Below the pieces are notes generated by a model, which made no database searches, had not been told where the DNA came from, and saw nothing but the letters and a program-made list of their open reading frames with translations. Shown here piece after piece: positions 18,356 to 24,914 of a stretch of 38,292 nt of DNA. Positions within the stretch are counted from its first letter, which is position 1. Every line of letters begins with the position of its first letter. Source of the DNA: an uncultured Bacillales bacterium (GTDB lineage Bacteria > Bacillota_I > Bacilli_A > RFN20 > CAG-826); NCBI GenBank assembly GCA_946183335.1, contig CAMGZN010000001.1:1-38292 (forward strand), in the 5' to 3' direction. Position numbers and translations under genes: made by a program.

Positions 18356-19662
18356 TATTTAACCTCCCCACAATTTAAGTTCTTTCCCTGATGTGGAACA
18401 ATTTTTCGATTTTTTAATACAAATTGTCCACGGATAAGGACTGTTTCAAATTCACCAGAACCAAGAATTCCATCATAAATGGAGTAATCACAAGTTCCGT
18501 GATTTTCCTTTTCAAAATAGTCTTCTTTTTCTAAAAACACCGACAAATCTGCGTCCATTCCAACTTTGATTTCTCCTTTGGTTGGGAAATCTTGGATTTT
18601 TGCAGAATTTAGTGACATTTTGTCGATGATTTCATCTCCAAAACGTCGATACATTGTTGAGAAAGAATGTTCAATTCCTCCAACACCAAGAGGGAATCCT
18701 TTTAAAGTTGGATAATCCTTGTCTTTCTTCATAAATGAACAATGGTCGGTACCGATTGTTTCGACATCCTTATAGTAAGCAGTTAAAAGTTGTCTTTCTC
18801 GTTCACCTCTTAGTGGAGGGGCAAACGTAAATAGTTTTCCATTCTTGCCTTCTAAAACAGAGTTATTAAAGATGAAATATTGCGGACAGCTTTCAACAAA
18901 GAAATTCTTATTGAGAATGTCTGAAAACTGTTCTTTTAGAGCTTTTAATGTTTCACCACTTGAGCAATGAACCATGTAGAAGTTTCCGCCAGTCTCACGA
19001 ACCATCTTTGCAAGCTTTAAGGCTTCACTAGTTTCACTCATTGATGGACGGGAAACTGGTAAATCCTTAAATGTATATTCATCACGTAAATCAATTAGAT
19101 CATCGTTTTCAATATGTGCTTCGATTAAGACGTTATACTTCTTGGAAAGTTTAAGAAGTTCTTCAATATCTTTCTCATAAGTACGTCTTCCAGTGTCACT
19201 ATAAGTTGTGAACAACTTAATTGTTCTCATTCCAAGCTTAACAACGGTTTTGACGTACTCTTCTAAATCTCCGTTTGGCATTTTGATGCAAGCGTGCATG
19301 TGATAATCAACGATACACTTCTTCGCGAGTTCAAGACGTTCATAGAACGACTTTTCTAAATCTTTCGCATTACTTGTTGGATCAAGGAAATCAACAATTG
19401 TGGTTACACCGCCATAGGCAGCACAAACGGAACCAGTATAAAAGTCATCCACGGAAGTTAATCGACCGCAATTGAGTTCAAAATGAACATGTGGATCAAT
19501 TAATCCTGGTAGGACTTTTTTACCACTAGCATCAAGCACTTCTTTGGCTGCCGGTTCATCTTTTCCTATATAGGAAATTTTCTCACCTAAAACAGCCACA
19601 TTGACTTTCTGCCACTTGTGGTTAAACCAAACTAATCCGTTTTTAACCAGTAGATCATTCAT
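18355..19662 (-). CDS. hyuA: Hydantoinase/dihydropyrimidinase-family cyclic amidohydrolase (HyuA/YgeZ-like)
   Basis: GLIDPHVHF, IKLFTTY (candidate carboxylated Lys), EAHIEN and GTDHC. Confidence 0.8.
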   Translation of the reverse strand: MNDLLVKNGLVWFNHKWQKVNVAVLGEKISYIGKDEPAAKEVLDASGKKVLPGLIDPHVHFELNCGRLTSVDDFYTGSVCAAYGGVTTIVDFLDPTSNAKDLEKSFYERLELAKKCIVDYHMHACIKMPNGDLEEYVKTVVKLGMRTIKLFTTYSDTGRRTYEKDIEELLKLSKKYNVLIEAHIENDDLIDLRDEYTFKDLPVSRPSMSETSEALKLAKMVRETGGNFYMVHCSSGETLKALKEQFSDILNKNFFVESCPQYFIFNNSVLEGKNGKLFTFAPPLRGERERQLLTAYYKDVETIGTDHCSFMKKDKDYPTLKGFPLGVGGIEHSFSTMYRRFGDEIIDKMSLNSAKIQDFPTKGEIKVGMDADLSVFLEKEDYFEKENHGTCDYSIYDGILGSGEFETVLIRGQFVLKNRKIVPHQGKNLNCGEVK

Positions 19663-21977
19663 TATTTCTTTTCTTTAACCGCCTTAAAGATTGCTTCTGG
19701 AGTAATTGGCAAGTGATGGACTCTTACGCCAAACGCGTTATAAACAGCGTTACATAAAACAGCTGGTGGAGTATCAATACCAATTTCACCAACAGATTTC
19801 GCACCAAATGGTCCTGTTGGTTCATATGAATCAGCAAACTCGGTGACTAGTTCACCAATCTCGTGACGAGTTGGAATATGATAAACATCAAAGTTTGTTG
19901 TTAATAATTTACCTTTGTCATTATAAATGACTTCTTCAGATGAGGCCATACCATAGCCTTGGGCAATACCGCCTTCAACTTGGCCTTTGGCGAGCATTGG
20001 GTTAATCGTGGTACCACAGTCAGTAACTGTCACATACTTAATCATCTTGTACTCGAAAGTTTCAGTATCAAATTCAAATTCTCCAAAGGCCGCCATAAAT
20101 GGAGGTGGAGAAACATGGCCATGGAAGCTCTCCGTCACGGCAATTTGACGGGTGTCTTGGTTATAAAGACGATTGGTAGCTAAATCTTCTAAGGAAAGAG
20201 ATTTTTCACCAGATGTAAATATCTTACCGTCAAATTCGACGCTTCCCACTTTCACATTCATGTACTCTGCAGCTTCGCGAACAAGACGATCTCTCATCTT
20301 TTGAGCCGCATTCCATGCGGCATTACCACTAACATAGGTTGTGGAGGAAGCATAAGCACCACAGTCGTATGGAGTTAAGTCAGTATCAGACGAATAGATA
20401 ATGACTTTGTCAACCGTTGTGCCAAGTTCTTCAGCAACGATTTGGGAAATCATTGTGTCAGAACCTTGTCCAATATCTGTCGCACCAACAGTGACCATGT
20501 AAGAACCACCGTCGTTAAGTTTAATCGTACAGGAACCCATGTCTAAGAATGGAATTCCGGAACCTTGCATAGCAATCGCACAGCCAACGGCACGAACTTT
20601 GTGTGGTCCAACTTCTTTTCTTGGCCACTTCTTGTCCCATTCGATGAGTTCACGACCGCGCTTAATGCAATAAGGAAGCTTGCAGCTTTCCATAATCATC
20701 GCAGTACCTTCAGTACCTTCACCCATAATTTCAAAGATTGGGGAAGTTTCTTTTTCCTTCATTGAGTTAATCTCGCGAAATTTGATTGGATCCATGCCAA
20801 TCTTTTCAGCGAGTTCATCCATGATGGATTCAACGGCATAATTGCCTTGAATCGCACCATAACCACGATATGCACCAGCAGAGACGTGGTTCGTATAAAC
20901 AACTTGTCCACCGAATTTAACAGCCTTTGCTTTGTTGTACAAAGGTAAAACCTTTGAACCAACAATCATAAAAACAGTCAGAGCGTGCTCGCCATAGGCG
21001 CCTGTGTCACTTAAAGCACGGCAATCAATCGCTTGAATGACGCCATCTTTATTCGCACCAACTCGCAGTGTGATACGCATCGGGTGACGTGTATATGTAG
21101 AGCCAAATACCTCTTCACGGGTGAAGACGCATTTACTTGGCTTCTTTGTTCTTAATGTAACTAACGCACAAAACATTTCTCCATGGAAAGCTTGTTTTCC
21201 ACCAAAACCACCGCCAACGCGTGGTTTAACAACACGAATCTTTTCCACTGGAAGACCTATTGTCTTTGACATAATTCTTCTCATGTGGAATGGGGTTTGT
21301 GTTGTGGAGTAAATGACTAAACGGTTATGTTCGTCAAGACGAGCATTACATGTATGAGGCTCGATCATCGCGTGGGCTTGAGCCTGAGAATAAAATGTGT
21401 CTTCGACAACATATTCACATTTCTTTAATTCTTCTTCGACGTTTCCAACTTCCATCTCATAGGAGGCAGCAACGTTCTTCTTTGGATCAAAACCAATTGG
21501 GAACATTTCGTGAATCCCATCTTCTGGGTGGATGACAGATTTATTTTCAAAGGCTTGTTCAAAGTCGAGAACAGGTTCTAAGACTTCGTAATCAACTTTG
21601 ATTTTCTTCATTGCTTGAAGAGCAACTTCTTCACTAACGGCAGCTACTGCAGCGACTTCATCTCCAACATAACGAGCATATTCATCAAAGATGAACTTAT
21701 CGTGTGGAGATGGTTCTGGATAACCTTGTCCAGCACGTGTAAAGGAGACGTGTGGAACGTTGTCTTTTGTTAAGATACAAGCGACTCCAGGAACTTTTTC
21801 AGCTTCACTGACGTCGATCGATTTAATGCGGGCAAAAGCGTGTGGGCTTCTAAGAAGCTTCACAATTAAGGAGTTTTGATCAGCAAGGTCATCAGTATAG
21901 TATGAACGACCTTGCATGAGGCCTTTGCCATCAACACTTGGAGTAATGTTGTTAACAACACGGAAATTCTTTTTCAT
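19662..21977 (-). CDS. Molybdenum hydroxylase molybdopterin-binding large subunit, set 2 (771 aa; XdhD Mo-domain-like)
   Basis: VGGGFGGKQ, AYRGYGAIQ and KSVGEIGIDTPPAV. TAATG fusions at both ends. Confidence 0.88.
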   Translation of the reverse strand: MKKNFRVVNNITPSVDGKGLMQGRSYYTDDLADQNSLIVKLLRSPHAFARIKSIDVSEAEKVPGVACILTKDNVPHVSFTRAGQGYPEPSPHDKFIFDEYARYVGDEVAAVAAVSEEVALQAMKKIKVDYEVLEPVLDFEQAFENKSVIHPEDGIHEMFPIGFDPKKNVAASYEMEVGNVEEELKKCEYVVEDTFYSQAQAHAMIEPHTCNARLDEHNRLVIYSTTQTPFHMRRIMSKTIGLPVEKIRVVKPRVGGGFGGKQAFHGEMFCALVTLRTKKPSKCVFTREEVFGSTYTRHPMRITLRVGANKDGVIQAIDCRALSDTGAYGEHALTVFMIVGSKVLPLYNKAKAVKFGGQVVYTNHVSAGAYRGYGAIQGNYAVESIMDELAEKIGMDPIKFREINSMKEKETSPIFEIMGEGTEGTAMIMESCKLPYCIKRGRELIEWDKKWPRKEVGPHKVRAVGCAIAMQGSGIPFLDMGSCTIKLNDGGSYMVTVGATDIGQGSDTMISQIVAEELGTTVDKVIIYSSDTDLTPYDCGAYASSTTYVSGNAAWNAAQKMRDRLVREAAEYMNVKVGSVEFDGKIFTSGEKSLSLEDLATNRLYNQDTRQIAVTESFHGHVSPPPFMAAFGEFEFDTETFEYKMIKYVTVTDCGTTINPMLAKGQVEGGIAQGYGMASSEEVIYNDKGKLLTTNFDVYHIPTRHEIGELVTEFADSYEPTGPFGAKSVGEIGIDTPPAVLCNAVYNAFGVRVHHLPITPEAIFKAVKEKK

Positions 21978-22429
21978 TATTTCTTACCTCCAAGATATTT
22001 TTCAACAGCGTTGCCTTGGCTTTGTAAACCAGTGCAACGGCAGAGGTTACCAACCAAGTAATCATCAATTTCTTCACGAGTTGGGTGTGGGTTTTCTTCT
22101 TTTAAGGCGTGAACAACAAGCGCAAGTGCTGCTGAGCAGTATCCACATTGGTCGGCGCCTTCTTTAGCAAAATATTCGGAAAGCTCACCAGCTTCTTCTT
22201 GAATAGATTCGACAGTCATTACTTTTTTTCCTTCGATTGAAGCTGTTAAAACAGAACAAGATAGAGTTGGTTTTCCATTAACTAGAACTGTACAAGCTCC
22301 GCAAGCGGAGGCATTGCAACCTTTCTTGACCGATTTCACCCCATTGTTACGAAGTGAATCAAGGAGGTATTCTCCTGGTTGAATGTGATAAATCACATCT
22401 AGTCCATTTAAATTAAATTTGACTTCCAT
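21977..22429 (-). CDS. Molybdenum hydroxylase [2Fe-2S] subunit, set 2
   Basis: CNASACGACTV, QCGYCSAA and NLCRCTG. Confidence 0.88.
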   Translation of the reverse strand: MEVKFNLNGLDVIYHIQPGEYLLDSLRNNGVKSVKKGCNASACGACTVLVNGKPTLSCSVLTASIEGKKVMTVESIQEEAGELSEYFAKEGADQCGYCSAALALVVHALKEENPHPTREEIDDYLVGNLCRCTGLQSQGNAVEKYLGGKK

Positions 22430-23206
22430 TTATTTAACCTCCTCTAAACCACGTTTTAAGTAAACACGAGCTAAGTGAGAACGATATTCACTCTTAGCGG
22501 ACATTGAGTCGCCTATTTTAAGTTCTTGCATAGCAAGTTCAACAGCCTTCTCAATGTCTTTTCCACCTTCGTTAAGGTATTTCATCGCACCTTCGCAAAC
22601 ATAAGCGACTAATGGACGAGAACCAACAACAACTTTGTATTCTTTCGCTTTGGTAACACAGACATTTAAGATTGGATAATCAAGAGCGGTCATCTTCACT
22701 TTTTTAAAGAAAGATTTCGCTCCGCTCTTATAAATTCTAATTTCAGTTAAAATGCCATCGGCAAAGCCTGGTTTCTTAACATATTCATCTAAAGAAACAA
22801 CTGCCTCTGGATAGAAAACTAAATCAACTTTAAAACCAAGAAGGGCAGTAATGACATCTGAGAAACCATATTTTCCGTAAACGGAACCGCCAATTGTAGC
22901 ACAGTTTCTAAACGCTGGTCCCATGATTTGATGAACAGCCTCAGAGAGAACTCCACCACCTATCTTTTTGATGATTGGCGATGTTTCAAACTCTCTTTGA
23001 GTGACCATTGCGCCAACAGAGACATACTCTTTTTCTTCCTTGATTTGGTCTAAACCAAGTCGAGAAAGATCAATGAGTTTATCAACTTCACCATTGCCTT
23101 TCTTTAACCATAAACCACCACCAAGAACTTTGTTCTTAAGCGATGCTTTTTTGAGGGAGTAAGCTTCCTCTAATGAAGCTGCACGAACATATTCATTTAC
23201 TTTCAT
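22430..23206 (-). CDS. Molybdenum hydroxylase FAD-binding subunit, set 2 (YgfM-like size, 258 aa)
   Basis: FAD_binding_5-type N-terminus (KVLGGGLWLKKG, CATIGGSV). Abuts the 2Fe-2S gene with no gap. Confidence 0.75.
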   Translation of the reverse strand: MKVNEYVRAASLEEAYSLKKASLKNKVLGGGLWLKKGNGEVDKLIDLSRLGLDQIKEEKEYVSVGAMVTQREFETSPIIKKIGGGVLSEAVHQIMGPAFRNCATIGGSVYGKYGFSDVITALLGFKVDLVFYPEAVVSLDEYVKKPGFADGILTEIRIYKSGAKSFFKKVKMTALDYPILNVCVTKAKEYKVVVGSRPLVAYVCEGAMKYLNEGGKDIEKAVELAMQELKIGDSMSAKSEYRSHLARVYLKRGLEEVK

Positions 23207-23208
23207 GT

Positions 23209-23778
23209 TTACTTCCTTTCTAAAAGTTCACAGAACTTGTGATAATCACGAATCGTATCAATATCGAGACAAATAAATGGATCGTCAACAGGAACACGAA
23301 CTTTTTCCGATTCATATTTTTCTAAAAACTCATGCATGTTTGAGTTAATTGATGATTGTTTAATTTCATCCAAATATTGAGCAGACAAAAATAATGGGTG
23401 TCCATCATGTCCTTCAAATGTTGGAACGCGAATGCTTCCTGGAGCTCTTAAAAGAGCTTGATATGTGTCCTTGGAAACATTTGGTATGTCTCCAGGAATT
23501 AAAAGAATGTCTTCATTATGAGCCTCGGCAATTCCGGCTTTCATAGATGAGAACATTCCACAAGCAAAGTATTCATTAAAAACGATGTCGACATTGAGTG
23601 TTTTTAATACTGGCTCAAGTTCGTCGTGGTATCGACCAGTCACCACAACAATGCGGTCAACAAAAGGACGCATCGCTTCAATCGTGTAAGAGATAAGTGG
23701 TCGATGATTGATTTCTAGTAATAACTTATTGAGTTTGGCCCGGCTGGAATAACCGCCTGCAAGAATAATTCCTAGCAT
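23209..23778 (-). CDS. MobA/MocA-family molybdenum cofactor nucleotidyltransferase (YgfJ-like)
   Basis: MLGIILAGGYSSR nucleotide-binding start and PGDIP. I moved the start to ATG 23778, because the ORF-track N-terminal extension overlaps the predicted promoter. No clear SD. Confidence 0.75.
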   Translation of the reverse strand: MLGIILAGGYSSRAKLNKLLLEINHRPLISYTIEAMRPFVDRIVVVTGRYHDELEPVLKTLNVDIVFNEYFACGMFSSMKAGIAEAHNEDILLIPGDIPNVSKDTYQALLRAPGSIRVPTFEGHDGHPLFLSAQYLDEIKQSSINSNMHEFLEKYESEKVRVPVDDPFICLDIDTIRDYHKFCELLERK

Positions 23779-23803
23779 ACAATATTTCCAAAATATATAT
23801 AAT

Positions 23804-23832
23804 ATTTTACACGAGCGAACACTTGTAGGCAA
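23804..23832 (-). promoter_or_regulatory. Sigma-A-type promoter of the long catabolic operon
   Basis: The minus strand reads TTGCCT-17 nt-TAAAAT (-35 at 23827-23832, -10 at 23804-23809). The spacer contains GTTCGCTCGTG (ACACGAGCGAAC on the plus strand), i.e. CGAA-type half-sites. Confidence 0.6.
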
Positions 23833-23858
23833 GCGAGCACGCCACATTAACCTTGAAT

Positions 23859-23889
23859 GTATAAAATATATGCGTGTTTTGCTGAAGAT
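23859..23889. promoter_or_regulatory. Shared regulatory block, copy A (GTATAAAATAT-atg-CGTGTTTTGCTG-a-AGAT)
   Basis: 27 identical positions with 29866-29894. It lies 26 nt upstream of the -35 of the minus-strand operon promoter and inside the divergent carbamate kinase promoter region. Confidence 0.55.
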
Positions 23890-23925
23890 TTTGTATAATA
23901 GTTGGGTACGAAAGAGGTAGAAAAA

Positions 23926-24843
23926 ATGTCACGTTATGTTGTCTCTTTAGGTGGCAATGCATTAGGCAACAATGCCGAAGAGCAAAAGGCTCTTCTTAAA
24001 GGTGTTGCAAAAAGCATTGTGCACTTAATTAAATTAGGAAATGAAGTTGTTATCGTCCACGGAAATGGACCACAAGTAGGCATGATTAATCTTGCTTTTA
24101 CTGAATCGACTTCTGCGCCAGATATGCCATTCCCAGAGTGTGGTGCAATGAGCCAAGGTTACATTGGATTCCATATTCAAAATGCCATTCAAAATGCATT
24201 AAAGGATGAAGGAATTCAAAGAAACGTTGCCACTGTTGTCACACAAGTGCTCGTTGATAAGGATGATCCACTTTTCAAATCTCCATCAAAACCAGTTGGA
24301 GCATTCTATAGCGAAGAAGAAGCAAAGAAAATTGCTGCTGAAAAAGGTTATACGATGAAAGAAGATGCTGGTCGTGGTTGGAGGAGAGTTGTTGCTTCGC
24401 CACTTCCAATTGATGTTGTTGAAAAAGAATCCATTTCTCGTCTTGTTAAAGCAGGAGATGTTGTTATCTGTGCTGGCGGAGGTGGAATTCCAGTAATTAA
24501 AAATGGCAATCACTTAGAAGGTATCGCCGCAGTTATCGACAAAGACTATGCATCCGCAAAAGTTGCTGCTCTTGTTGACGCTGATTATCTTGTTATTTTA
24601 ACCGCCGTCGATAACGTTTATATCAACTTCCGTAAACCAGACGAAAAGAAACTCGAAAATGTTTCTAAGGCTCAAATGGAAGAGTATTTGAAAACAGATT
24701 ATTTTGCTAAAGGAAGCATGTATCCAAAGGTTAATGCCTGTATTAAATTCCTTAACGAAAAGCCTGGTAAAACCGCGATTATTTCATCCTTAGAAAAAGC
24801 AAATTTAGCTGTTGAATTAAAAGCAGGAACAATCATTAAATAA
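23926..24843 (+). CDS. Carbamate kinase (YqeA/ArcC family)
   Basis: SLGGNALG, VHGNGPQVG, EDAGRGWRRVVASP, GGGGIPV and IDKDYASA. I moved the start to ATG 23926 (AAGAGG RBS). The TTG at 23902 is unlikely. Confidence 0.92.
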   Translation: MSRYVVSLGGNALGNNAEEQKALLKGVAKSIVHLIKLGNEVVIVHGNGPQVGMINLAFTESTSAPDMPFPECGAMSQGYIGFHIQNAIQNALKDEGIQRNVATVVTQVLVDKDDPLFKSPSKPVGAFYSEEEAKKIAAEKGYTMKEDAGRGWRRVVASPLPIDVVEKESISRLVKAGDVVICAGGGGIPVIKNGNHLEGIAAVIDKDYASAKVAALVDADYLVILTAVDNVYINFRKPDEKKLENVSKAQMEEYLKTDYFAKGSMYPKVNACIKFLNEKPGKTAIISSLEKANLAVELKAGTIIK

Positions 24844-24865
24844 CCGAGAATTGCTGGTTATTTCA

Positions 24866-24900
24866 CAAAAAAAGCTGACTTTTGACGGTCAGCTTTTTTG
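24866..24900. terminator. Bidirectional rho-independent terminator between convergent carbamate kinase and serA
   Basis: AAAAAAAGCTGAC-ttttgacg-GTCAGCTTTTTT, with an A-tract and a T-tract flanking a 7-bp GC-containing stem. Confidence 0.8.
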
Positions 24901-24914
24901 ATTGAAATTTTTAA

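Noticed and set aside
12556-23206. Selenocysteine (in-frame TGA) or other recoding in the Mo-hydroxylase/purine genes, and TGA-as-Trp (Mollicutes-type) decoding.
   Set aside because: All genes are uninterrupted full-length ORFs under the standard code, with Trp encoded by TGG. No split ORF pair or SECIS-like context was seen. Selenium dependence, if any, would be through the labile cofactor, which the sequence cannot show.
23779-23847. N-terminal extensions given by the ORF track. These are 23847 for the MocA-like gene, 1592 for ArsR, the TTG at 23902 for carbamate kinase, the TTG at 28374 for DUF1015, 17090 for the PreA-like gene, 31296 for MscS and 35800 for RnfG.
   Set aside because: The extensions overlap predicted promoters or upstream coding regions and lack an SD. 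Internal ATGs with GGAGG-type sites or TAATG coupling, and family-typical N-termini, fit better.
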